The notes under the pieces were generated by a model. The model did no database searches. It was not told the DNA's origin and saw only the letters and a program-made list of their open reading frames with translations. A stretch of DNA of 63,242 bases, filler included, from Reticulomyxa filosa (Eukaryota; Protista; Foraminifera), in NCBI GenBank assembly GCA_000512085.1. It is 18 parts of 18 records of this genome, joined end to end, with 100 filler letters (N's around TTAATTAATTAA, not from the genome) between each part and the next. Parts side by side here need not be neighbours in the genome. Positions count along the whole stretch, not along the records: positions 1 to 13,366 come from ASPP01004659.1; 17 more parts are not named here. One strand, written 5' to 3'. Below, piece by piece: positions 1 through 13,466 of this stretch (position 1 is its first letter; each line of letters starts with the position of its first letter). The translations under genes were made by a program, and so were the position numbers.

Positions 1-13
1 AAAAAAAAACAAC

Positions 14-441
14 CTGAATTTCCAACATTTTCACACGACAAACATTTCCATTCTTGCAAAGTGTCATTATGTTCAAACACGCATTCATGTTCAAAGAGGT
101 GGCCACAAAGCTTGTGTATTCATCGACGTCATTATTAAAAAAAGAAAAAAAACGACAACAAACACTTTTTTTTTTTGTTAATGTTCACCCGGCCATGCAA
201 TAATGGCCATAATTTTTTGTTGTTGTTTGAGTAGCGATATATGTATATGAGTATTTTTTTCTTGCAAATATTTCAAAGAATAAAAAAAAACGTGTTTTTT
301 TTTTTTGCTTGTTTAAATTACAAATAGCACATGCAAAAAAAAAAAAAATCTCACCATAGTGATACCGTGACAAGCATCGTGATTAAAACATCTGATCTGG
401 GCACTGGAGACACCATCCATGCTCCATATTGTAATGTCCTG

Positions 442-473
<32 letters not shown>

Positions 474-1169
474 ACATCGATATCAAATAAAATTGACAAA
501 ACAAAACAAAACAAGCAAAAAAGACAAGTTTTTTTTTGGTTCATTTTTTTCCCAAAAGAGTCTTTTGCGTTGTAAGTACTTGACAACTGCGTTCTTGGGT
601 AGTGGCATGGCATTCGATGCTACAATGGAGAGATGAAGATATCGGACAATGTACGTTCAAGTGCGTACATGCGAGACTGCCTGCACATAACATTAACAAG
701 TTTCGACTTGCGTCTGACAATATTTCCATATGCTCACAGCTGTGATCCTGCATGCACAACAACGTTACGTGATCGTCTTTTCCAGTATGTAATTGCGCGG
801 AGTTTATCGCGTGTGGTGCTTCGCTTGTTATAATTATCTCACGTGTAGTCGGACCACTACGTATACCTCTTCTCTCATCTTTGTCTAATGGATCCTTACT
901 ATCCAATTTTAAACCATACCCACTCCATTCACTTTTCAAAAAAATTCGAACGTGTGAAGTTTTTTTGAAATCTTGTAGCGCAAATTTTTGCAGCTGAATG
1001 CGTCGTGGCAAATCAACTCGCACCGCTTTTCTTCACAGTACATGTCCTGGTTGGCACACTGAAGATTTCCTTTGCATTCCACAATCGATCCTGTGGCTTT
1101 TGCTAGAAAGCTTACAAGAGCGAGGTATACCAACAGCAATTTGAGAGAAAAAAATACGAAGGAAGGCAT
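14..1169 (-). CDS. Secreted cysteine-rich repeat protein, multi-exon, 3' partial
   Basis: Signal peptide MPSFVFFSLKLLLVYLALVSFLAKATG, then repeats with regularly spaced Cys (ECKGNLQC, ICHDAFSC, LCMQDHSC, LCAGSLAC, ECHATTQERSC). One-base frameshift in the A7 run near 960-966. Further exons read DITIWSMDGVSSAQIRCFNHDACHGITM, NYGHYCMAG and CGHLFEHECVFEHNDTLQEWKCLSC. Confidence 0.65.
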
Positions 1170-1828
1170 CGTATATTTGCTTGTTGTTGCTTTTTAAAAA
1201 AAAGTAGTAAATTTGTTCGCCGTTAGTACTTACCTTTTCTTTCTTTGTTGTTTAAAAACGACGTTTTTTGCAATGCAAAAGAAATACATAGCTTCGCATT
1301 TGCTAGTTGATTTAATTAGCACAATACAACATTTCATGTGATCGTAAATTTAATTATATTATACGTTTTTGTTGAAGAAAGCAAATTTTATCTCAAGAGG
1401 GTTTTATCACTGTTATCGACTATTGAAATAATCTTTGCTTTTTTTGTCTCCAAATTCAACAGTACTGCTTGTTGTTTAATGATAAGAAAATATAAGGATA
1501 ATTTACTCCTTTACAAAGCAGATTAAAAAAAGTTTTCTTTTGCACCAAGTGGTCTTGATATGAAAAGTTGGACTTTAAAACTAAATCACAAAGAATGACA
1601 AGCATAAGAAAAATGATGTAAATGAGTTGCAGTATGAAGTATCGGGACTTGATCCATACTTATCAATAGAAGAGATTTAATATCAATGGAACCCGAAAAA
1701 TGGAAGTGTTATATGCAATAGAAATTTTGTAATCATTTGTAAATATTGGCCAGCCAGATGTAAAAAAAAAAGAAACTTTTTTTTTTACTGACTGAAGGAA
1801 ACCTTTTTAAAAAAAATCACGATAAATA

Positions 1829-2984
1829 ATGGACGTGGATATTCAATCTTCTCCGGTTGGTTATTTGGAAAAATTTGTGTTCAGTGAAAACCGTGATGAG
1901 ACGTTGAAAGATGCGGTGAAGGGAAGCGAAGAGTATTATATGGGGAAGTTGACGCAGTTGAGTTCAAAAATCGAGAAAAGCGATTTGAAAAATGAGCAAC
2001 AACAGCAGCAGCTGTGGAAAGAGATGAAGCAATTGCACGACGAGTTAGAAGGGAACGAGAAGTTGAAGTACAACTCGACATTGGGGAATTTGAGACAACG
2101 CAACGAGATGCATTTTTTGCACGTAGCAAACAGCAGCGTACAGCTATGGGAAAAGTTGAGACAACAGTTGGGTAAGCCATACCACACTAAGCCATCGAAG
2201 CAAACGCTAGTAACCTCGGAGAACGAGGATGAGAATGCGAGTGAAGTGAAGCAACACGAGCGAAGCAGTATCGACGGAAGCAAATTAGCGGAAGACAAGT
2301 TGAGAAATACGGTGGAAGACTATTGCTTGCCGACAAACTATCAATCATTGACATCACTCCTGTCCAAAGAGGCGATCGTGGAACTATGTACCTCGGACAT
2401 GCTGAAGAAACTTATCAGTGGAGCGAAGACGACCACTTCCTTTATCCTATCGAGCCGATCTCCCGCGTCGGATCGACAAAAGAAGTTGCGTCGCATGGCA
2501 CACGAGATCTTGAACGATCCTTGCTCGGTGTACATTCTAAACGATCCGAGTCGATACAAGCTCGTTCTGGAACTGATCGAAATGGACCTGTTCACGAGAG
2601 ATGACAATAACAACGATGTGTCATTTGGATCCAGATATATCCACAGCTACTTGACCCTCAACCAAATGAACGACTTGCTTGCAAAGTCCAATGACTCACT
2701 GCTTACCAATGTCACCTTTCTCACAAAGTACTTTGTCAAGTCTTTGCCCACCCAATGCTCTGCCTATTATAGCAAGAGCGCTCTGTTCGCTGATGAAATG
2801 CCCGCCGACGTCTTGCTTCAGTTTCATACCTTCATCTCCACCTTCATCAATAGCTACCTCAAACTCCCAAGTCATTCCACTGTCAAGGCTATTTTGTTGT
2901 TTTATTTGATCAATTGCCAATACGAAAAAGATGTTTTTGTTTTTTTTTTTTTTCTTTTTCTTTCTTCATTTCATAAAAAAAACA

Positions 2985-3017
<33 letters not shown>

Positions 3018-6000
3018 TGACTAAAATAAATTCTCTTGAAGGGGTCGTTTGATGCTAAACTCGTGATGGAGTATTTGCGCATTCCAAAACACGCTTCGTA
3101 CAATCACTACATTACTTCAATGTATCAGACATTTGTGCCGGCCTATCAAATGACTGCTCTAGAGCGAAGCACTACCAAAAAAGAAAAGACCAGTTATGAG
3201 GTCATTGGGTCGGGCGACTTTGCCACCTCCTATCAAGCCTTTGACCATTTCAGAAGCATTGGAAATGATGCTGGGATCATCGACGATGCCATTCTTTATT
3301 TCTTCCGAGTTTTTTTCTTGCTTTATTCTCTACACATTTTTTTTAATAGATTATATATCAAATGTTTTAATAAATAATGATTTCAAAAAAAAAAAAAAAA
3401 ACTGGTTTGCGCTTGTGCGAACGTAGAATCCTGAAAAAATGCACGAAGGATTGCCAAAAGACTTGTTGAAGCAAATCGAGCAAGACAAAGTTTTGTTTGC
3501 ATGTGCATTGTTCGTATGTCTGGTATTGTTGTTTGCAATTATGACAAGTCAATGCAATAAAATAAAATAAATTAAAATAAAAAATAAAAAAATAATAATA
3601 ATAACAATATTAATAAAGAAACGATTTGAAGCTCTTGAAAGCGCGATGAAAGCGTTGATAAAACCCAAGGAGACAGCTTCGCAGAAATCAGTGGCAGGTT
3701 GGTTGAAGAAGAAAGTGAGTACACAGAAAAATCGGGAACAGGAACAAGAACAGCAAATACAACAAAAGCAAACACAGAAAAAGCAAACACAGCAAAAGCA
3801 AACACAGCAAATGATATCCACGAAAAGAGTTAGAAAGACCAGTGAAAGCGACCACTACAGCGAGTCTGACCAGTCCGAAAGAAGCTATGACGATAACATA
3901 CGAGAACAACCACAAGAGTATAGTAATGAGAATGACGAAAAAATGCATGAGTTGGTTGATAAAGAGGCATTCATTGATGCACCCTCACGAGTTTAGTCTT
4001 TTTCTCTAAGCAATGCATGCACACACACGTATGTACTGCATACACATATGATATATGTATACGTATATATAGTATGTATATATTATAGCATAACAAAACT
4101 CAAGCTAAACATAAAAAATAAAAAAACAAAAAATTTGGGGGAAAAAAAAAAAGGCTGCAGCTTTAATGCTCAGGCCATATATTGACAGCCCCAAACTTCG
4201 AAAAATGCAAGCAGAGTTTGAATTGAGCCATGGGAACAAAGAGCAAACGAGTGCAGCGTATCATGCAATGTCGGAGCTGATGGGCGACAAGTACGTGCAG
4301 ACGTTGCGTGAGGAGATAATATTGGAATTTGAAAAGTCGAACCCAACGCACATTAGCGTCAAGTCAGGAGTGACATTGCAATTGAAGGCAAAGAACGTGA
4401 AGAGCGTATTGGTGAAAGTGTACCGCATGAACAGCATGAACTACTTGACGAAGCACTTGTCAGAAATCGCCAGCGACCTAAACTTGGAAGGGTTGTATAG
4501 CTCGTTTCCGGATAAGGAAATAAGCGTGAGTGGATTGGACGAGGGCGACGAGAAGAGTGCCTACGCAGTTCGAACCGTGGAGGTGGACCTGCAAGAAACG
4601 TTGAAGAATAAACGAGGATTGTTCTTTGTGGATTGCATTGCCAATGGCAAGCACTGTCGAGCATTGGTTCGAAAGGGCGATATCCGATTCCTCGAGCGTA
4701 AAACAAGCAGTGGTCATGTGTTTACCTTGTTTAACGAATGTAATGAGGTCGTTCTCAATGGCGGCATCATTCTCGATGGCATTCGCTATGAGACGCAAGA
4801 TAAGAGTGGAGAAGTTGTTATCCCCTTTGCAAAGGGGTCGTCGTCGTCGTCGCAAAATAAGAAGATCATCTTGTTCAGCAAAGACTGGGGCGACGAATGC
4901 AGTGTATTGGGCGAGTTCGATCAGTACTTTGAGACGTATTCATTGAATACGTCGTTTTGGATCGAGCGAGAGCAAATGCTCGACAAAAACATGTGTCACG
5001 TTGCCATTCGATCGGTGTTGCAAATCCACGGAGTGGTGACGTCGATTGAAAAGCTTCTGTGCAACGCATCGCTGGACATATCAATGCAGACGCACTCGAG
5101 TGACAATGTCAAAGTGAATCGGACATTTAACAATCTGGAAATGAGCGACTCCAAAGATTGCGTGGTAAAGTTTGTCATGCCCGCTGAGTGTACGCGTGTC
5201 GAGTTGAAATTGAAGGCGCAGATTAAAAAGTGGACGGGACATTGGAAGACGTGGTGCGCACCAAGAGTCTCAGTATCAACGAAATGAACAGAGTGTCGGA
5301 CATTGCATGTGCGCATTTGATTCCGATTTGTTCAAACGAGAAAGCCAAGTTATTTCACATTTTCATTTGCGGCAAAAATGGAGAGCCGCTAAAGCGTGTC
5401 AAGTGCACGGTGGAGTTAAAGCATGTAATGTTCCCGCGAATATTTTCATTTGACTGCGTGAGCGACGATCGAGGTATCGTGGAGCTAAAGAATATATTCG
5501 GCATTGCCACCGTCACAATCCGAATGTCGTGCAGCTCGACCACCTCGTCGTGGTCACTGTTGGGCATGCGCCAATGTATTTTCCGCGCCAAGTATCACGT
5601 AATGGAACACGAGAAGTTGTTCATTCCTTACTTCTTTGCCGAAAACAAGCCCAGTCGATTGCTCCTGACGGATACGTCATTCTCTAACGATTACAGCGAT
5701 AAGACATCTTATACCAATGGCTACATTGCCGTGCAGGAACTGAAGGCAGGCGACTACGAGTTGCGATGCGATTACGACAAGTGCAAGGTCTCCATTCACG
5801 TGTGCAAGCAAGCGCAAGACACGACAGTGGTGGTAACCAACAACAAGGCGTCAGTATGTTTGGAAGGCACCAGCATTTACGAGCTGAGCGACAGACAGAC
5901 GTTACAAATCCAACGCATCGAAGAACAAAAGACATCAGTGCGAGTATATTTGGCCGGAGTCAATGCGTGGACACGCGTCCATATAATGGCCACTCACTTT

Positions 6001-9000
6001 ATGCCCATGTTCCCTGTCTACAACGAGCTCAAGGGCATTGGCGTTCAGCAAAACGAGCTCGGCGAGTACCACGGCGTGCCCACGTTGTATTGCAAAGGAC
6101 GCGAGATTAGCGAGGAGTATCGCTACGTGCTGGAACGAGCCGGTGCACGCCAACACATTGGAAATCTGCTGCAGAAGCCGTCGCTACTGGTACGACCTTT
6201 CAGCGACAGAGCCACCACCACCGAGACGCAGGACGCAAAGAAGGGAGAGACCATCGAACACAAGAAGTACAAACCGCGTCGACAAATGGTCCCTGCTTCT
6301 CAGACCACGAGCACGTTCGATAACGTGCAATCCAATGGCAATTGGCCCGTCATCGAGTTTTTGGGCAATTGTCCGGCCGTTGGTTGGTACAACCTAGTAT
6401 GCAAAGAGGACAAATCCAAAGGACTGTTCTATGTGGAAATCGATAGCAAAGACATTCACGAATATCATCACGTGTTGGCCGCAGTTGCTGTCAATGACAA
6501 ATATTTTAGCATTCAGACTCACGTCCTCGAGTCGGTCGTGAAAAAGCAATCGACCAGCAAAAACGACTCTGCTGATCTTGTCAAGTATCGCGACGTGCGA
6601 ATGTATCCGGGATTGCATCCGGAAAAACATTTTGTGGAACAACGACAGATCGACTTGGTGAAGAATGAGTCCAAAGAGGACAAGGTGCTGATCGACGATT
6701 TCAAAATCTCGCAGGCAGAGGTATTCGAATCCATCGAACAGATCTTCAGCTTATTCAATTCATTGAGTCGAAATCCGCAGCTCGCCGAATGGGCGTTCCT
6801 GTATCAATGGAAGACTTTCAACGATGTTCAAAAACTACAAAAGTTTAACAAGTATTTGTGCCACGAGTTCAACTTCTTCATCTATTGCAAGGACCGGCCT
6901 TTCTTTGACGAATTCATTCTGCCCTTGGTTCGAAGCAAGGTTCACAAAACACTATTGGATCATTGGTTTTTAGGAGATTTGCCCAGCTTGCTGCCTTATT
7001 TGAACATTGGTGTGTTCCGGAAATTAAACGCCATCGAACAGATCTTGCTTTGTTTCGCCTTCAAAGCCGATACCAAAACCAAGTTTGTGGAATACTTCAA
7101 TCAACGACAACAGTCGATCAAACCCAATCCTTATCAATTCAAGTCCTTGTTTGAAGCCGCCTTGGCCAATCGCAGCCATGCTGATTCTTCGTCCGCTGTC
7201 GTCGGAGGAACTACCGTGCTTCCTCCTCTTGCTTCTGTTTCTCCTGCTCGTTCTCCTCTTGCTGGTCTATTTACAACTACTACCACGACGGCTGTCGCCG
7301 GCAATTATATGCAAGACGATGAGAGAGAAAGAATGGTATCATTTTTTAATTGTTGTTTGTTTTTTTTTTTGGTCAAATTTTATTCCAAAGAAAATATATA
7401 TATATACATATATATTATTATTATGCTATTGTAAACTGTTGACTCTATTTATGTTTGTATGTGTGTCTCATACAAAAGAGAGGGATCAGCCTACGTTCCT
7501 TAAGACAACTTTCGATAGCACCATCAGCTAATATGCAACAACAAGTAGAACAGCAAATGCAACAAATGCAACAAATGCAACAAATGCAACAAATGGAAAA
7601 AAAAGAAGAGGATGCGTACTCGAACTCTGATGGTGATGGTGATGATGATGATGATTTCCAATTCAAACGCGAAGCAAGTGTCAGTATGAGTGAGGCAAGT
7701 ATAGCGATGAGTATGAAAATGAGTAATGTTAACAATAACAATAACAATAATAATAACAATAACAATAATAATAACAATAATAATAACAACAATGATCGCA
7801 AGGAGATAATGCCCCAAATTAGAAAGGCTCTTGAAGAACCGGACCAAAAAATCACGAAGAACAATCAAAACGAACAGCAAAAGGCACAGTTAGGTGTTTT
7901 GAAAGTATATTGTATATGGCTACGACACAACGAGTGAGCAGAATAAAAGAAAGTGACAGTAAATGCAAGTTGTATATATGGCCATAACAATTAATCACAC
8001 AAACAATACCACAAAAACATCATAGACGAGGCGAGTATTTTGATCGCGATTTGCGATACCGCGAAGTCGGACGCAAATACTATGAGGAATTGCAAAATAC
8101 CAAGCAATTTCAGGAAACGCAATACTATGGCATTGGCTACAACAAAGACACAAAGGACCTTGTGCCTTTGAACAAATTTTGGTGCGATTACGCGTTACAC
8201 ATATTGTCGAACGACACGCCGAACAGCAAGAAACCCTTTTTGTCTGAGTATTTTGCAATACCGACGAGTTCGTTTACGGAAATGGTCTTTGCAATGTCGG
8301 TATTGGATGTACCGTTGCAAACAAATGGCGAAAGCGTGAAAAAAGAAAAGAACTTTGAAACGATGCAAATGGTAATTCAAAGCGACTATCCTTGCATTGT
8401 GTTGAGCAAGCAATTGCGTGAGACGCAAGACGTGGTCAAACGTGTGCAAGTGTCGCAGCATTACTTTGACCCGGAAGACAGATATGAAATGTTTGACGGC
8501 GAGCAAACGGACAAAATGGTGCCTGTTCATGCCATGGTCCCAAGCAAAATGTATGGTTGTCGAGCCATTATCACCAATGCCAGTAGTGCGCAAATCAAAA
8601 ACGCAGAGGTATTGTACCAAATCCCAGTGGGTGCTATCCCTGTGCAAAATGGTCAATGGACGCACACGCAGTTTGAAACCATCCCGTCGTACTCATCCAA
8701 AATCATTGAGTTTTTCTTTTACTTCCCAAAAGTCGGATATTACACTCACTTCCCAACGCAGGTCAGCAAGAACGGACAGATCCTGGGACATGGCGACAAG
8801 AACGCCAAGGACGTCACGGTGTCATTGCCCACCAAAAAAAAGATCATCAACGAGGAAAATTGGTCCGAAGTCGCGTTGAGTGGAGAGACAAAGACTATTA
8901 TCAAATACTTGGAAAAACACAACTTGCGCAAGACCGATTTAACCCAAATCTATTATCAACTCAGCGACACGGCATTTTACAAGGCGATGATCGAGTTGTT

Positions 9001-10309
9001 GGAATCGAGAAATTATTACGACGATAGTGTTTGGAGGTATTCATTGATATATCAAAACGCCCAGCATTTTGCTCAGTACTTGTATTACAATCCTTACTTG
9101 TTGCGACATTTGTTTGCACCATATTTCAAGAGTGATTGGGGCTATTTCTACGACGACGAGTCCCTTGGCAATCGCGCGAGCACGCATTTGGAATATTTCC
9201 CACTTATCAATGCTCGCACTCACAGACTGGGCGTTCAGAAGAAAATATTAAACGGAGATTTGCTGAAAACGTATACTGCGTATCTGCGACGCATGTGCTA
9301 TGTGAGCACCAGTATCAAGAATATGTCGTGGACAGATTTGATGAGGGGATGCTATTACCTGCTCTTGCAAGATCGAATTGACGAAGCGCAGTTCATTTTT
9401 AACGAGTTGATTGAAAAAGACAAAGGCAAAAACAAGCAAAGTTTTGCCATCCAATACGACTACATGAAAGCCTATTTGAGCTTGGCCGACGAAAAAGATG
9501 AGGCGTGCAAAGTCGCTCGGGAGATATGTCAGAAATACGCAAGTGCAAAGAACTTGCCTATACACAAACAACGCATCTTTGAAGAGATGCAGAGACAATT
9601 GGAGGAAATCAACGGAGACGATAAAAAAGAAGAAGTCAACGATGGCGAAAATACCAATGACGATGTTCAGGCAAATAAGCACGAAATTGGCGAGCCTCTG
9701 ATCACGTTTGAAATTGAAAATCGCCAGCTTCTCTTCCAACACTGCAAAATTGAATCGGTTCGTGTAAACTTTTATTTAATGGATATTGAACTGCTATTTT
9801 CAATGTCTCCTTTCTTAAGTCGTGGCCAAATGGATGCTTCGCAAAACGTTTTTTCATATATCCAACCAAATGAGTATTTGGATATTAAACTTCCTTTAAA
9901 TCAGTCCAATGTACCCAAACCCTACGCTGTCGACATCCCAAAATCATTGCTGCGTAACAACGTGCATTGCGAGATTGTTGTTACCTCGCCGTCAAACTTT
10001 TCTTCGGCTACTTCTTTGTCGCAGACATTTTATGATCATCGCTTATTGATCCAGGTCAAAGAGAAGTTTGGACAGTTAAAAGTCTTGGACAAAGAAAACA
10101 AAAAACCCTTGCCCAAGTGTTATGTCAAAGTTTATGCCATGGTCAACGGATCGCCCAAATTTCACAAAGATGGCTATACCGATCGAAGAGGTGTTTTTGA
10201 TTATGTTAGTGTCAATTGCGACCATTTGACAGCCACACAAAAGTTTGCCATTTTAGTGTCTTCCGAGGAATGTGGAGCCGTAGTGCAAACAGCACGTGCA
10301 CCAAAGTGA
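1829..10309 (+). CDS. Giant (~2560 aa) conserved protein of unknown function, 7 exons
   Basis: In-phase GT-AG introns at 2933-3041, 3309-3426, 3490-3618, 3991-4153, 7336-7478 and 7889-8025; one missing base in the A5 run near 5225. Motifs EEYRYVLER..GNLLQKPSLL, KYLCHEFNFFIYCKD, SFTEMVFAMSVLD, HLEYFPLINARTHRLG, YYLLLQDRIDEA and KDGYTDRRGVFDY recall a ~2000-aa uncharacterised family of planctomycete-type bacteria and some protists (from memory). Confidence 0.8.
7534..7795 (+). repeat. Coding low-complexity repeats: (CAACAAATG)n encoding QQM, and (AAT/AAC)n encoding poly-Asn
   Basis: Directly visible tandem repeats inside exon 6 of the giant gene. Confidence 0.9.
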
Positions 10310-10704
10310 TTAATTTACCACAACGGACCCTTTTTTACAATCCAAAAAAAAAAAAAAAGAAACAATATTGAAGTCTAATGGGCTATCTTTTTTTTGTAAA
10401 ATAGTGCTGTGATATATTGTCAACTTTTCGTTTTCAGTTTAATTAAACGAATTGTTTCTATTTCTTGTGAAATAAAAACGATACAACAAAAATTTTGATA
10501 AATAATACTGAAGTCGATGCACAAGTTCTTTGAGCTCTTCCTTATCATAGAAGCGAGTTTTGATTTCTTCCACATGTTTCTTAATCTCAGTAAAGAACAA
10601 CTCCGAAATCTTTTTTTATTTAAAAAATTGTATTTGATAACGCCAACAAACTTTAAAATGAGGAACATGTGCCGAAAGTTTTTTTAGAAAAGTTTGATCA
10701 AAAT

Positions 10705-12387
10705 ATGCCACCTTCCGCTTCATTAAAAGATTATTTACTTCAAAATTATGTTGATTCATCAGAAAGCAAAGCGGAAATCGCTGGTTATTTAGATGATTTT
10801 GAGTCCTCTTCAAAGAAGAAAAAAGACAAAAAAAACAAAAGGCAAGTAGATGACAAGACAACAAAGGAAGCGAGTCCAAATGTTAGTGAAGCCATACCAG
10901 TGAAGTTGGAAGATAAAAACGAAAGTGACGAAGACGACAAAAAAAAGTTTGAGCGAACAAAGCAAAGATATCAGGAGAAGATCCTCAAAGAAAAGGAGAG
11001 GTTAGAAAAAGAGGAAATGCATAGCCGGTTGATCCCAATGCCAAATATAAATGATGGTTCTGGATGGAAGACAATAACGGAAAAAACCAATGACAAAGCG
11101 AACAAAGATAGACAAGACGAAAAAACAAAAGACCATCGGAAGGAAATAGACAGAGCAAATCGAACAAAACCACCAAACAAAAGAAAGCAAACCGGTGACA
11201 GCAGTCGCAGTCGTAGTCGTAGTCGTAATCGTCGCCGTGATCGTAGTCGCAGTCATAGTAATGAAAAAGATGGCAGCAACAAAACAACAGCATTGGAAAC
11301 GAGAAGAAAAAAAGAGACCACAGCATCGTTGAGAAGCGATGACAGTGATGACTTAGATGTGAGACGACAGAGACCTTCGAAGCAAAGTAGCAATAATGCA
11401 CGTGACAATGATAGTGATAATAATGATAATAACAATAACAATAACAATGACAGCGACAGTGACATTGATGTGCAACGACGTCCACGACGATCAAATACGG
11501 ACACAAAAGCGAATACAGATACAAACAGAAATGCAACTGAAGATAAAAGGAGGTCGATGAGACGACAAAGATATGATAGCGAAGATGAAAGAGATAGCAA
11601 GGAGGGGATGAGACACGAAAAAGAGAAAGTGAAAGAGACAGGGATTACGAAATATAGCAATGCAATAATTCGAGATAGAAAAAGTGGAAAGGTGTTAACC
11701 GAACAACAGATTGCGGACATAATACAAGAAAAAGAAACGAAAAGAGATAAAAAAAAACAATTCGATTACAATTTGGAATGGAGCAGCGGATTGTTACAAA
11801 AAAAAGAAAAGCAAGCACGTGAAAAAGAGTTTGAAAAAGAAAAAAGAAAAGGGATACAGTTGAGTCGATATGCGGACGACCATGAATTAAATGAGTTCAA
11901 AAGGAGTGAATGGCGGAAAGAAGACCCAATGAACGCAATGGCATCCAAAGGGTTACTAAATAGTGATGAAGAACATTCTCATTCTTCTTCGGACGCTTCT
12001 ACAAAACGATCAGATAGAAATAAACACAAACATGAATATAAATATAAACACGAACACAAGTCTAAGCATAGACATCGCCATAAGAGTAATTCAGCTGACA
12101 GAGACAGTGGTAACAACGATAAGCGTCATAAAATAAAGGAAGAAAAGAAACCACGGTCTGAACATACTGATGCTACTTCGTCGCACAAATCTGTGACTGC
12201 CAAAGTCAAAGTTGAACGGCCAACGTATCAGGGCCGTCCTTGGGCGAATCGCTTTAATATCCTGCCTGGATATCGATGGGATGGAATTGACCGCAGTAAT
12301 GGCTTTGAGACTCGCGCTTTGAATAAAATCAGCACTCTCAAAGACGCCACTAACAAACAATACACTTCGCATCACGAAGACATTTAA
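10705..12387 (+). CDS. BUD13: Pre-mRNA splicing factor BUD13/CWC26 (RES complex), intronless
   Basis: N-terminal [13 protein letters not shown]-rich middle, [26 protein letters not shown]...RKEDPM, and the C-terminal signature [34 protein letters not shown] at 10705. Confidence 0.93.
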   Translation: MPPSASLKDYLLQNYVDSSESKAEIAGYLDDFESSSKKKKDKKNKRQVDDKTTKEASPNVSEAIPVKLEDKNESDEDDKKKFERTKQRYQEKILKEKERLEKEEMHSRLIPMPNINDGSGWKTITEKTNDKANKDRQDEKTKDHRKEIDRANRTKPPNKRKQTGDSSRSRSRSRNRRRDRSRSHSNEKDGSNKTTALETRRKKETTASLRSDDSDDLDVRRQRPSKQSSNNARDNDSDNNDNNNNNNNDSDSDIDVQRRPRRSNTDTKANTDTNRNATEDKRRSMRRQRYDSEDERDSKEGMRHEKEKVKETGITKYSNAIIRDRKSGKVLTEQQIADIIQEKETKRDKKKQFDYNLEWSSGLLQKKEKQAREKEFEKEKRKGIQLSRYADDHELNEFKRSEWRKEDPMNAMASKGLLNSDEEHSHSSSDASTKRSDRNKHKHEYKYKHEHKSKHRHRHKSNSADRDSGNNDKRHKIKEEKKPRSEHTDATSSHKSVTAKVKVERPTYQGRPWANRFNILPGYRWDGIDRSNGFETRALNKISTLKDATNKQYTSHHEDI

Positions 12388-13366
12388 ATTTTTTCTTTTT
12401 TTTAAAAATTAATTACAATTATCTTTGTCCTTCAAAAGATCGCCGTTAATTTGTCTTCATTTTTTTATCTCTTTCTCTTTTCGAAGGGTTCTCTTCTTCT
12501 GTAATGCATCAAGCTTTCAAAGCATCACTTCTACATTCTGACATTTTCTTTTGGTTTATAATAACAGCAATCAATGATGATTCTGCTAAACCATAATATT
12601 TCTGATAATATTTAGTTGCAAAAAGTTGAGCTATTAGCTTATGTGAAGATAAATTAATATGTTACTGGACAAAAAATTCGAAGCACTCTAAGAACACACG
12701 ATTTCGTCAAAACTTTGTTTTGTAATTTGAAATTCAACTAGTTTTTTCGTAATGTATCATTATTAATGCTAATTTATCGCACCAAATTTTCAAAATTTTT
12801 TAGCGATTGTTGAGCCAGATTGGAAATCAAAGAACGTAATTCTAACAAAGATTTGGCAACTGTGATACATTAGTGATTTACTGCAAGTGTGAAAAATAGA
12901 AAATATTAGATTAAGTATTTTTTGAATTTGCCAAGTAATTCATGAAAGATTCTTTTGATATCTACTACTAGTTATTTGTTTGTTTTCAGAATTTGTATTT
13001 ACTTTCTTTTCAAAGTAAATAATTTAAAATATATGACAAATCAATTTTTTTCCTAATGAACGATTCAATGCGATTTATCCCAGTAGTTAGAAATTTATTT
13101 TGTTGTCTTTCTTTTTATACAGTAGGATAAAAAAGAAAGTTGACAAATAAAATGCCAACTTATAGATTATTGTGTTTCTCCACGAAAAAACAACATTTAA
13201 TCAAAATTTTTTAAAAATATATAAGAATCGTGTAGTTTTTAAATATCATTTTGGTTTTTTATTAAGTCTTTACAATTTTTTCAAAAATTTTAATCTTTCA
13301 TTTGATTTGGTAAAATTTCTTTAAAAAAGTTGACAATAGTATTTTTCTCGTAATCATGAAATTTGA

Positions 13367-13466
13367 NNNNNNNNNNNNNNNNNNNNNNNNNNNNNNNNNN
13401 NNNNNNNNNNTTAATTAATTAANNNNNNNNNNNNNNNNNNNNNNNNNNNNNNNNNNNNNNNNNNNN
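13367..13466. other. Artificial contig linker N44-TTAATTAATTAA-N44 (first of 17)
   Basis: Identical 100-nt spacers start at 13367, 15452, 26064, 27644, 29073, 32108, 34084, 36948, 39052, 40703, 51227, 53193, 54432, 56047, 57852, 59179 and 62136. The 12-mer places stops in all six frames. Confidence 0.98.

Noticed and set aside
5230-5267. 38-nt GT-AG intron as the explanation of the frame break
   Set aside because: The segment is GC-rich and reads as plausible coding sequence in the -1 frame; a missing A is simpler.
10971-12375. Antisense ORFs over BUD13 and other low-complexity exons (poly-L, poly-C, poly-I)
   Set aside because: They are shadow frames of trinucleotide repeats and purine-rich coding strands.
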